From Promethearchaeota archaeon (GTDB taxonomy: Archaea > Asgardarchaeota > Lokiarchaeia > Sigyniarchaeales > SOKP01): a DNA stretch of 64,000 nucleotides. Below are positions 30,124 to 39,327 of the stretch, piece after piece. The stretch covers positions 32,001 through 96,000 of the forward strand of contig RDOA01000008.1 of the NCBI GenBank assembly GCA_011364925.1, read 5' to 3'. The position numbers and the translations under genes were made by a program. A model generated the notes under the pieces. The model searched no databases, was not told the origin of the DNA, and was given only the letters and a program-made list of their open reading frames with translations. Position 1 is the stretch's first letter. Each line of letters starts with the position of its first letter.

Positions 30124-33100
30124 CTATATTTTTTCTTTCAATTTAAGTCTAGGAGCTAATCCAAGAGACATCATTTCTTGAAGTAAAAGCTTAAAGGCAT
30201 AAGAACATACAACCTTCGATATCACGGTCCCTTCTCCACATACTGGGCAATATCTCTTGTCTCTATTTCGATCGTACACTGCTAAAAGCCCACATTTTTC
30301 ACATACTAAAATAACCGTTCGATCTGACTCATCAAGTAGTCTTTCCTTTAATAACAGAGCCGACCCATGACCTACTAAACAATCTCTTTCCATTTCACCG
30401 AATCGTAAGCCCCCTTCTCTTGCTCTACCTTCTGTCGGTTGCCTTGTCAAAATCTGAACTGGTCCTCTCGCTCTTGCGTGCAGTTTATCCGCTACAAGAT
30501 GGTATAATTTCTGATAATAGATTGGAGCGCAATAAATTCCTGCTTCGTATTTTTTTCCAGTAATCCCGTTATACATTACTTCTCTGCCGTTAAATTCAAA
30601 ACCTGCTTCCACCAATTGGTCTTGAAGTTTTGTGATATCTTTCCACTCGAACGCAGTGGCATCGCCTAATTTACCAGTTGTACATGCTATTTTGCCACTG
30701 ATCCCTTCAAATAATTGACCCAAAGTCATTCTTGATGGCATGGCGTGGGGATTTACTATAATATCCGGAATTACTCCATTTGAAGTGAACGGCATGTCTT
30801 CTGCTGGTTGAACGAGACCAAGTACTCCCTTTTGGCCGTGTCGAGAAGAAAATTTGTCTCCTAACTCTGGAATTCTCAAATCTCTAACTTTAATTTTAAC
30901 TAATTTGTTCCCATCAACAGTTTCTGAAATGATCACAGTATCTACTATTCCTTTTTCGTTATGTCGCATATTCTTTGAAGTTTCGCGTCTATTCGGTTGC
31001 ATCAATTCAAATTCTTCGTAAGATTTAATGAACCGAGGCGGAGATGTTCGACCAATAAGTACATCACCTCCATTAACAGCGGTTTCAGGTTCAATAATAC
31101 CGTCTTCTTCAGATAATAACCTATACGATTCAGCAGATTTGAATCCTCTCACACCTCTCTCAGGAATCTCGAATTTATCCAATTCTCCTCCGGGATACTT
31201 TCTTTCTTCAGCATCATAAGTTCTAAAGAAGTGACTACGCGCTAATCCGCGTTCTATAGAAGCTTTGTTTATTATAATTGCATCTTCAATGTTATATCCT
31301 TCGTAACTCATCATTCCAATTACAAAATTTTGACCCGCTGGTCGCCGATTGATTCCAATTATCTCCATTGGACTTGTTTTCACTAAAGGCTGTTGAGGAT
31401 AATGGAGTGTGTGGCCACGAGTATCAAGCCTTAAATGCATATTTGCAGCAAACAGACCTAGTGCTTGCTTAACCATCCCTGCTTCATAAGTATTTCGGGG
31501 AGACTGATTGTGTTCTGGAAATGGAATAATCGAAGCACATATTCCAAGAATTGCTGCTGGAGATATTTCAAGATGAGTGTGTTCTGCAGTAATTTCCTCT
31601 TCAAACATAGCAATGAACGCGTTTTCTTCTTCTTCAGCATCCAGATATTCTATAACACCTTTTTGGATTAAATCTGACCAGTTATATTTACCTTGTTTAA
31701 GTTTCTCAATATCTTCATTTGTGATAAGGAGTTGTTGGTTTTTGATGATAAATAATGGTCTGGTCGCTCTTCCAGCATCACAATTTATTTGAATTTCTCT
31801 TGAATCGTGATAATAACCAATATTAACGTGTTGACCAATTTCACCTTTACGTCTCTTCTCTCGTAGCTGATTAGTGAAGGGATTGTATTTTTGATGAATT
31901 CCGACTAATTTACCATTAAGGAAGACATTTACTTTTTCTCCTCTTACGTTTTTCACTTCGTTAATAGGTATTACGCCCAGATCGATTAATATATTCTCGA
32001 TAACCCTTTCGTCAGCACCAACAGAGATAATAGACGCTAATCCTAAGTTTTTAACTAACCCACAATTAGGTCCTTCTGGAGTTTCTGCTGGGCAAATCTT
32101 GCCCCATTGAGTAGGATGTAAATCTCTTGCTTCAAAATGAGGTTGACTTCGGCTTAATGGAGATATTACTCTTCTTAAATGGCTTAATGTTCCGACGTGA
32201 TTTGTTCTATTTAACAATTGACTAACGCCCGCTTTACCACCGACCCAATTTCCTGTTGCTAACGCGTGTCTTATTCTTTCTGTTATTACATCTGCTCTCA
32301 CAGCGGTTTTTATATTTGGAGCTCTACCTCGAACAGCGGTACGTTCTAGCTGGTATTTTATGTCTTTTACAAGATTCAAAAACGCAACTCTGAAAAGAGA
32401 TGTAAATAATTCACCAGCTAATTTCAACCTTTTATTAGCGTAATGATCTTTATCATCCGGCTCTCGAAAACCTAGCGCAAGTTCCATAACCTTCTGAGCC
32501 ATTTGGCCTAGATAATAAGCTTTTTTAATTCGGTCCTCCTCAGCGTTTCCAACGTGAGGTAATAAGTATCGATCTAAGACTTGAAGTGCTCTTCTAATAC
32601 GATAATCTTTTGTCTGTCCTATTGCCACCCTTTTACCGATGTAATCTAAAGAGTTCTGTTGAGATTTTTCTGGATCTTTTAAAACTTGAATTTCTGAAGC
32701 GACATCTATAACTGGAATTAATTCTTTTTGAATATCTTCGTTTTCAGAGATTGCTTCAAAAATTTCCTTATCAGAGTGCAATCCAAGAGCTCGCATCAAG
32801 ATAGCTAAGGGAATTTTACCGGGAACTGACGGAAACGATACTCTTAGATTTCCATCTTTCTTTCTTTCAATTGTAACTGGTGCACGAAAACCACTTCTAG
32901 TAGAAAACACCTTAGCTTGATGAGTTGCACTGGAACTTCGACTAGCTTCTTCTGCAAGAATTCTATTAGGAGCTAAATCCTCTTGTGTTACTAACACTCT
33001 TTCTGTTCCATTGATGATAAAATATCCACCAGGATCAAGCGGATCTTCTCCTCGATTAATTAGTTCTTGTTCAGATAAGCTTTCCAGAGGGCAACGACAG

Positions 33101-33495
33101 CTTTTCAGCATGATTGGGATTTTACCAATATATATATCAAGAGTCTCTTCTGCTTCCTCCCTCTGAGTTCTTTCATCAATGGTAATAGGAGTCATTTCTA
33201 AAGTTATATCAGCAGCATAACTTAATTCGCGAATTCTAGCTTCAATGGGCGTAATTTCCATTGTAGCACCGTCAGCTTCTCTAACTTTTGGAACTCCTAC
33301 TTTAATCTTACCAAAATTAATTTTAAATCCGGGAATATCAGGTATGACTTCACCAGACTCATCAACTATGCTTTGCATCTCCTCTTCAATAAAATTATTA
33401 TAAGAGTCGAGGTGTTGGCGTACTAAACCTTTTTCATCAAATAAGCTTTTTAAAACAACCCACTTATCGCTGTTAGATAATTTGTCAGAACTCAA
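30124..33495 (-). CDS. rpoB: DNA-directed RNA polymerase subunit B (Rpo2, unsplit)
   Basis: DPGGYFIINGTERV, ETPEGPNCGLVKN, GYNIEDA, GDKFSSRHGQKG, GGLRFGEMERD, C-terminal zinc ribbon. Confidence 0.98.
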   Translation of the reverse strand: MSSDKLSNSDKWVVLKSLFDEKGLVRQHLDSYNNFIEEEMQSIVDESGEVIPDIPGFKINFGKIKVGVPKVREADGATMEITPIEARIRELSYAADITLEMTPITIDERTQREEAEETLDIYIGKIPIMLKSCRCPLESLSEQELINRGEDPLDPGGYFIINGTERVLVTQEDLAPNRILAEEASRSSSATHQAKVFSTRSGFRAPVTIERKKDGNLRVSFPSVPGKIPLAILMRALGLHSDKEIFEAISENEDIQKELIPVIDVASEIQVLKDPEKSQQNSLDYIGKRVAIGQTKDYRIRRALQVLDRYLLPHVGNAEEDRIKKAYYLGQMAQKVMELALGFREPDDKDHYANKRLKLAGELFTSLFRVAFLNLVKDIKYQLERTAVRGRAPNIKTAVRADVITERIRHALATGNWVGGKAGVSQLLNRTNHVGTLSHLRRVISPLSRSQPHFEARDLHPTQWGKICPAETPEGPNCGLVKNLGLASIISVGADERVIENILIDLGVIPINEVKNVRGEKVNVFLNGKLVGIHQKYNPFTNQLREKRRKGEIGQHVNIGYYHDSREIQINCDAGRATRPLFIIKNQQLLITNEDIEKLKQGKYNWSDLIQKGVIEYLDAEEEENAFIAMFEEEITAEHTHLEISPAAILGICASIIPFPEHNQSPRNTYEAGMVKQALGLFAANMHLRLDTRGHTLHYPQQPLVKTSPMEIIGINRRPAGQNFVIGMMSYEGYNIEDAIIINKASIERGLARSHFFRTYDAEERKYPGGELDKFEIPERGVRGFKSAESYRLLSEEDGIIEPETAVNGGDVLIGRTSPPRFIKSYEEFELMQPNRRETSKNMRHNEKGIVDTVIISETVDGNKLVKIKVRDLRIPELGDKFSSRHGQKGVLGLVQPAEDMPFTSNGVIPDIIVNPHAMPSRMTLGQLFEGISGKIACTTGKLGDATAFEWKDITKLQDQLVEAGFEFNGREVMYNGITGKKYEAGIYCAPIYYQKLYHLVADKLHARARGPVQILTRQPTEGRAREGGLRFGEMERDCLVGHGSALLLKERLLDESDRTVILVCEKCGLLAVYDRNRDKRYCPVCGEGTVISKVVCSYAFKLLLQEMMSLGLAPRLKLKEKI

Positions 33496-33541
33496 TTTTA
33501 ATTAACCTATTGTTATATTAGTTTTAGATAAAAAACACTCA

Positions 33542-33799
33542 CTATACTTTTTCTTTTTTGACATAACGATAGTAATCTATAAATTTTACAGTGGTATGAG
33601 ATTCCCGAACAATTCTTACAATATCTCCCTCTTTTGCACCAATCGCTATAGAAACTGGGTCCTTCTCAAAAATCTGAGGCAAATCGGAAATATTTATCTG
33701 ATATTTTTCTAATAAATTTTGAGATTGTTCTTTAGTTAGAAGATAATGTTTAGGGACTAGTTCATGGAGTAGAACATCAATTTTCCTTTTTTTAGTCAA
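33542..33799 (-). CDS. rpoH: RNA polymerase subunit H (Rpo5)
   Basis: HELVPKH, LPQI...DPV, GDIVRIVRES, YYRYV. Confidence 0.96.
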   Translation of the reverse strand: MTKKRKIDVLLHELVPKHYLLTKEQSQNLLEKYQINISDLPQIFEKDPVSIAIGAKEGDIVRIVRESHTTVKFIDYYRYVKKEKV

Positions 33800-33912
33800 A
33801 AAAAATCCTCTTTCCTCGCTAGTTATTTCAAAAAATATTCTATTTCTAAAAAATTTTACTATTTAAAAAATAGCTAATCACCTTTATTTTAGATACCTAC
33901 ACCTAAAAATCT

Positions 33913-34551
33913 TTATTTTGTCGTCAAACAAAAAATCCAGTACCCTGACCTTTTAAAAGTCACTTCAATTGTTTCGTATAAATCTGAAAAATGTGTTGTT
34001 AAATAGTTTTGAATGTACTCAGCTCCCATCTTCCTTTTTATGACGAATTGGAACTGCCCCTTCGATTTTAAATGTCGAGGAACATCTTCACATAATTTGA
34101 GAAATTCTTGTCTCCCTTTACGTAAGGGAGGATTCATATATACCCCGTCAAATTTAATACTTTTATTCTCAAACGGTTTAAAATAGCTTCCTTGTAAAAG
34201 TATGGTTTTGCCAATTCTCTCTGATAAATTAAACCTAATATTCTCCTTTGCACACCAAAGAGCTCTTTTATTAATATCGGTGAAATACACTGTGCTTTTA
34301 GGCTTTAAGTATGCTAATACAATCCCAATCGCACCATATCCACAACCCAAGTCAAGTAGAATAGATCCTTGTTCTGGAATTTTCATGTGTTCTATGAAGA
34401 CTTTAGTTCCTAAATCCAGTTGTTTGAATGAAAATATTCCTGTAACTGTTTTAAAGAAAAATAGGTGATGCTTTAAACTTTCAGAGACAGAGTATACTCT
34501 TACTCTGACATCTGGAAATTGAGTTGAGTAATGTTGATTCTTCTTCTCCAT
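33913..34551 (-). CDS. small SAM-dependent methyltransferase (RsmC/MTS family)
   Basis: GIFS...LDLGT, LLDLGCGYGAIG, MNPP; likely start at ATG 34551. Confidence 0.88.
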   Translation of the reverse strand: MEKKNQHYSTQFPDVRVRVYSVSESLKHHLFFFKTVTGIFSFKQLDLGTKVFIEHMKIPEQGSILLDLGCGYGAIGIVLAYLKPKSTVYFTDINKRALWCAKENIRFNLSERIGKTILLQGSYFKPFENKSIKFDGVYMNPPLRKGRQEFLKLCEDVPRHLKSKGQFQFVIKRKMGAEYIQNYLTTHFSDLYETIEVTFKRSGYWIFCLTTK

Positions 34552-34567
34552 ATCATTTAGTTTTTCC

Positions 34568-35578
34568 TTAATTTTTTTTGATTTCATCCCATCTAGGATA
34601 TGTTCCACGTTCCATAAAGACTTTATTGGTTTTAGCTACAATCCCTGACTTTGCTTTATAAATCTTCATGGCATTCATTTTTGAGATCCCAAAACCTATT
34701 AATTCTTTTTTAAGAGTCATATAGACAACTTGTAAATCTGGTTTAATCCTTGCATCAATATAGCATACTCCTGCAGAAGCTAAATCTGCACCATGGCATA
34801 ATGCATCAACTGCTGTATCTCTTACATAGATTTTAGGCAAATGAGAAACCATTTTTTCCATAGGTGAAATGATCTTTCTCAAATAATACTCCTCTCCCTC
34901 AAATCTATATAAAGAATAAGAATCCTTTAAATTTTGAAGGGTAATTAAACTGTTATCTTCTTTAAAATGTCCAACTCTAGTTCTCCTAAGTTCTAACATG
35001 TGAGCGCCTGAGCATAGCGCTTCACCAATGTCAAAACATAACTTTCGAATGTAGGTCCCCGCTTCACATCCAACTTTAAATAAGATGTGATTATTATTCA
35101 CTTCAAGGACGCTCGCATAGTAAATTTCCCTAATTCTTAATTTTCTTACTACTGATGATTTAATAGGAGGCGTTTGATAAATTTTCCCCGTAAATAATTT
35201 AAATGCTTTTTCTATCTTTTTTAATGTCATGGGAGCGTGCAAATACATAACTCCAACATACTCTTTACCTGCATCTAGTAAAGCAGATAAAACTCGAGTA
35301 GCTTTACCTAGTGCGCAAGGGAGAATTCCCGTTACCTTTGGATCCAACGTACCTCCATGCCCTACATTATCAATTTCTAATATTTTACGTGCCCAAGATA
35401 CTACTTCATGACTTGTTGGTCCCCTAGGTTTATCTAAATTTATAACGCCGTACTTTAAGAGATCTTCAATATCCCTGTTATTAGGGTCACACCCATAATC
35501 TTTATTTGTCGTATCTTGTGATTTTACTATTAGTTGTTCTGGTTCATCAGAGGGTAGTTTATATTCTGATTTGGACAT
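34568..35578 (-). CDS. cbf5: H/ACA pseudouridine synthase Cbf5
   Basis: GVINLDKPRGPTSHEV, GHGGTLDPKVTG, CEAGTYIRKLC, C-terminal PUA. Confidence 0.96.
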   Translation of the reverse strand: MSKSEYKLPSDEPEQLIVKSQDTTNKDYGCDPNNRDIEDLLKYGVINLDKPRGPTSHEVVSWARKILEIDNVGHGGTLDPKVTGILPCALGKATRVLSALLDAGKEYVGVMYLHAPMTLKKIEKAFKLFTGKIYQTPPIKSSVVRKLRIREIYYASVLEVNNNHILFKVGCEAGTYIRKLCFDIGEALCSGAHMLELRRTRVGHFKEDNSLITLQNLKDSYSLYRFEGEEYYLRKIISPMEKMVSHLPKIYVRDTAVDALCHGADLASAGVCYIDARIKPDLQVVYMTLKKELIGFGISKMNAMKIYKAKSGIVAKTNKVFMERGTYPRWDEIKKN

Positions 35579-35724
35579 TTGGCTTAATTTGAAAAGAATT
35601 TTATTATAGGTTGTTAATTTTTTGCAAAATTAATTTCTATCGTTCTAATGATCAAAATTTTTAAAATTGAAAATCTTCAATCATAAAAAATGATCGCAAG
35701 TAATATCCCGAGAATAGATAAATG

Positions 35725-35828
35725 CGGGCCATGTGGGAATTTCGCATTGCTTCATAACGAAAAAATGTATCGAACCCACGACCTTCAGGTTAAAAGCCTG
35801 CTGCGCTACCTGCCTGCGCTAATGGCCC
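35725..35828 (-). tRNA. tRNA-Lys(UUU) with 30-nt intron at 59/60 (intron 35739-35768)
   Basis: GGGCCAT/ATGGCCC acceptor, GCGC D-stem, anticodon loop CT-TTT-AA, T-stem GTGGG/CCCAC interrupted by a BHB-forming insert; CCA not encoded. Confidence 0.93.
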
Positions 35829-35982
35829 GGAAAATCACCCTTGAGAGCGTTTATTAATCAAGGGAGATTGAATTTATAAATATATTTTTTGATAATCGTC
35901 AATTTAACTTAAATTTTATCTTTTCTTGTGATCTTCTATAAATCTATAATAGATTCGAAGATAGAATCTTCAACTCAAGTTG

Positions 35983-36546
35983 CTACTTCACTATTAAATT
36001 GGAAAACTTAACAGCAAAATCTTTAATTTGTGTCCAGTCTCGAAAATCGTGTAATCTGCCTTCAGGATCCATCACTCCATATTCATTTTTCATAATTCCG
36101 ATTACTATTTTCCTTGTTATGCCAGTAATTGCCGATTCATTAGTTAAATCGTAAACTCCTCCAAACGCATCAATTAGGGCAGGCATCAATCCAATATCTT
36201 CTAACTTTAATGTAATATATTTATTTATCGCGGTCTTTATTTTGGTTTGCTCTGAAGCTTCTCCACAGCATACGTAGAATCCTAAATTATCCTGTATTTT
36301 ATTTAATTCAGATTTTCTTTTATTAACAAAATTCTTCATAGATTTTGTCCATCGTCCCATCATAATTCCTGTACCCAGAAGAACACCATCATAATCTTTT
36401 AACGGAGGAATTTTCTTTGAAGGATATTCTTTTAAATCATAACTTTCAGTTACTATACCCTTCGCTTTAATAATCTTTTCAATTTCATCCGAAATCCCTC
36501 TAGTCGTTCCATATCTCGTTCCGTATAAAACTAATGCTTTACTCAT
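35983..36546 (-). CDS. flavodoxin-domain protein (HemG/Flavodoxin_5-like)
   Basis: LVLYGTRYGTT, YDGVLLG, FGG, DFRDW. Confidence 0.85.
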   Translation of the reverse strand: MSKALVLYGTRYGTTRGISDEIEKIIKAKGIVTESYDLKEYPSKKIPPLKDYDGVLLGTGIMMGRWTKSMKNFVNKRKSELNKIQDNLGFYVCCGEASEQTKIKTAINKYITLKLEDIGLMPALIDAFGGVYDLTNESAITGITRKIVIGIMKNEYGVMDPEGRLHDFRDWTQIKDFAVKFSNLIVK

Positions 36547-36657
36547 TAAATTCCTTCTCTCAATTATAAGATTTTAAATTTATTCCTTAAATTCTAATAT
36601 TCTTAGTAATATTTAACTAATTTGAGTAACCTACTGGTTCAAAATAAAATTTAGAAA

Positions 36658-37674
36658 TTATTCAAAATGTTGATAACCATGAATTTTTAATTCTTCTCTT
36701 TTGTCTTCCTTGCAAAGATACACCTTTTCTTCAGATATTGCTTTTCCAACCCTTATTAATGTCCCACCATGAGAATTTACCAGAACTTTAGCTTCTTCGT
36801 AATCTTCGGGATGAACTGTAAACAAATGAATAAACTCCTCACCTCCATTTACAATTAGCTTTTCTAAAGATATATTAAATTCAAGTGAATACTTGAACGC
36901 CTCCGAATCTATTAAATTTTCATCAAATTCAATTTCAAAACCTATGCCCTTATTTGATAACATTAAATCTCGCAAAGATTTGACTAAACCATCTGATGAG
37001 TCAATACTAGCGCTAGCTAAACATCTATCTGATAAAAGATAAGATTCTAATTCTGATATCTTTGGCTCTAAAACGCTCATTATTGCCCGATTATATTTAG
37101 AATATTCTTCAACCCTTCCCTTTCTCTCAAGAAGGATATCGAATCCTACACTTGTTAAGCCGAATTTTTTATTTATTATCAGAATATCCCCTTTATTAAT
37201 CCCCTTTCGATAAATAATCTTTTCTGGATTCTTAAACCCAAAAACAGTAGGATTAATAATTACTTCTTTTGATTTATTAAGATCTCCTCCAAGATACTGC
37301 AAATTCCATTTATTAGAATATTCAATAATGCCTCTAATTAATTCTTTAAATTCCGATACTAGTAGTTTAGGAGGTAAACCTAATGATATAATAATTCCTA
37401 TTGGTTTTACACCCTTTACCACTAAATCACTAATATTCATGAGAACAGATTTTCGTCCCATCTGATAAAAATTCATTTGTTTGGGAGCGTCAGTTGTCGC
37501 ATTAAACATATCTGAGTTTAGGACGAGTACATCTTTATCTTTTCCGTCATCAAGGTGAAAAAAGAAGGAATCATCTCTAATTAATTGTTTACCTGTTATT
37601 TCAATAATTTTTTCTTCTATGAGGTGGATTAACTTTACTTCTCCTAATGAATTAATGGGAATATTTTCATTCAT
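36658..37674 (-). CDS. thiL: thiamine-monophosphate kinase
   Basis: LGE..LI, DDS, NISDL..KG, LGGD, IDSSDGL, GGEEF. Confidence 0.9.
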   Translation of the reverse strand: MNENIPINSLGEVKLIHLIEEKIIEITGKQLIRDDSFFFHLDDGKDKDVLVLNSDMFNATTDAPKQMNFYQMGRKSVLMNISDLVVKGVKPIGIIISLGLPPKLLVSEFKELIRGIIEYSNKWNLQYLGGDLNKSKEVIINPTVFGFKNPEKIIYRKGINKGDILIINKKFGLTSVGFDILLERKGRVEEYSKYNRAIMSVLEPKISELESYLLSDRCLASASIDSSDGLVKSLRDLMLSNKGIGFEIEFDENLIDSEAFKYSLEFNISLEKLIVNGGEEFIHLFTVHPEDYEEAKVLVNSHGGTLIRVGKAISEEKVYLCKEDKREELKIHGYQHFE

Positions 37675-37725
37675 GAGAAAATTTTATAATTTTTTGAGAT
37701 TTATCTTTATTATATTCAATTATAA

Positions 37726-37797
37726 GCCTCTGTGGCTTAGCGGTAGAGCAACAGATTCGTAATCTGTAGATCGGGGGTTCAAATCCCCCCAGAGGCT
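37726..37797 (+). tRNA. tRNA-Thr(CGU)
   Basis: GCCTCTG/CAGAGGC acceptor, ACAGA-TTCGTAA-TCTGT anticodon arm, GGGGG-TTCAAAT-CCCCC T arm. Confidence 0.96.
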
Positions 37798-37801
37798 CTA
37801 T

Positions 37802-38827
37802 TTAAACCTCTTGTGTTTCTATATATTTTTTTATAATTTGAAGAGCGAGCATTCTAAAAGCGTCATTTATGTTCTCTCCTGTCTTTGCGGATGTTTCAAG
37901 ATAAGTTAATTTTAATTTCTGCGATAAGGCTTCTCCTTCTTCCGTTGAAACAACTCGTTCTTCTTTTAAATCTATCTTATTTCCTACTAAAATAAGGACA
38001 ATGTTAGGAGAAGCCTTCATAATCTCACTATACCAATTTATGTCTATGTTTTCAAAACTTTCTCGATTAGTTACATCGTAGACTAAAATTCCCGCTTCAG
38101 CATTTGCTAAGTATGACATTCTAACCCGTTTAAATTGAGCTTGCCCCGCTAAGTCCCATATCACAAACCTAACAGTGCTTTCAAGCTCTTTGAAAGAACA
38201 TTCCTTTTTCATGATCGATGTTCCAATCGTAGATTTATAATCTTTTGCAAAAACATTTTCTACATATCGATGTACCATACTCGTTTTTCCCACCGCTCCA
38301 TCTCCACCGAGAATCAATTTAAAAGCGTATTCTTTAGATTTGACTTTAACTTGTTGAACTCTATCTACTTTTCGTTGGATTTGAGAACCTCCAGAATTTA
38401 TTACTAATTTTGGGATGACGGGACTCACAGTTCTTCCGTCAAAGATTCGTGATATTTTTTCAGCTGCTAAATAGGCATAAGGGAAAACCTCATCTACTCC
38501 AGATAAAGAATCTAAAACCGTAACAAGAACAGCTTCGGGTCCTGACTCGCAGAATATGAACCTATAATCTTCGGTATCAAAAGTACCCGTTCCAAATGAG
38601 CCGGAACTAAATTCTTCGGTAATCCTAGATAAAACTGGCTCAACCAAAGCACTTACCCCTCCAATAATCTCTTCATTTAATGAATTCTCTGAAGAGCCAA
38701 TTAAAGAGTCCATAATTAAACCATCCCGGTTTACGACGAGGACTGCGATTAAATCCTCACCTAAACTCTGTTTATACCATTGGAGTAAGGCTTTTAACTT
38801 TTTTGTGTCAATCGACATCTTTTTCAA
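37802..38827 (-). CDS. roadblock/LC7 domain fused to Rab-like GTPase
   Basis: N-terminal AVLVVNRDGLIM roadblock; C-terminal GDGAVGKT, STIG, WDLAGQ, GNKID, ETSAK; start may be ATG 38818. Confidence 0.9.
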   Translation of the reverse strand: MKKMSIDTKKLKALLQWYKQSLGEDLIAVLVVNRDGLIMDSLIGSSENSLNEEIIGGVSALVEPVLSRITEEFSSGSFGTGTFDTEDYRFIFCESGPEAVLVTVLDSLSGVDEVFPYAYLAAEKISRIFDGRTVSPVIPKLVINSGGSQIQRKVDRVQQVKVKSKEYAFKLILGGDGAVGKTSMVHRYVENVFAKDYKSTIGTSIMKKECSFKELESTVRFVIWDLAGQAQFKRVRMSYLANAEAGILVYDVTNRESFENIDINWYSEIMKASPNIVLILVGNKIDLKEERVVSTEEGEALSQKLKLTYLETSAKTGENINDAFRMLALQIIKKYIETQEV

Positions 38828-39087
38828 GTTCTTTTTTCTAAGGTCATCATATTCTAATCATACCAATTATATTAATATTTAAAACTTATGAATAAAAATT
38901 TTGTTAAATATTTACAACCAAAGCAAGTGTTATTTTCATCTCTTAATTTCAGTATCTAACTTACTTCACTATTTTCTAGTCAAAAAACCAAAGCTATAAA
39001 AAAAAAAATTTTTAACGATTTTATTCTTTAATGCTATTAAGTTCGAGAAGATAATTAAATTATCATCTGCTTTTCCTTAGATTAGTT

Positions 39088-39172
39088 GCAGGAGTCGCCA
39101 AGCCTGGTCAAAGGTGCTAGACCGAGGCTCTAGTCTCATAGGAGTTCGAGGGTTCAAATCCCTCCTCCTGCA
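39088..39172 (+). tRNA. tRNA-Leu(GAG)
   Basis: GCAGGAG/CTCCTGC acceptor, CTAGA-CCGAGGC-TCTAG anticodon arm, long variable arm, GAGGG-TTCAAAT-CCCTC, A73. Confidence 0.92.
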
Positions 39173-39327
39173 CTTTTCCGAATATACGATCTTCTTGGAA
39201 AGGTAATTATGAAAGAAAATTAAAATTTAACGCATATATAAAAAGCTGATGTGTATTAAGAAATTTTTAAGCACATCTTTAAGCTTAGAATTAAACCCTT
39301 TAAATATCACGATCAATTATGTAAGAT

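Noticed and set aside
35725-39172. tRNA genes as integration sites of a mobile element
   Set aside because: No integrase, no duplicated tRNA 3' end and no compositional shift seen
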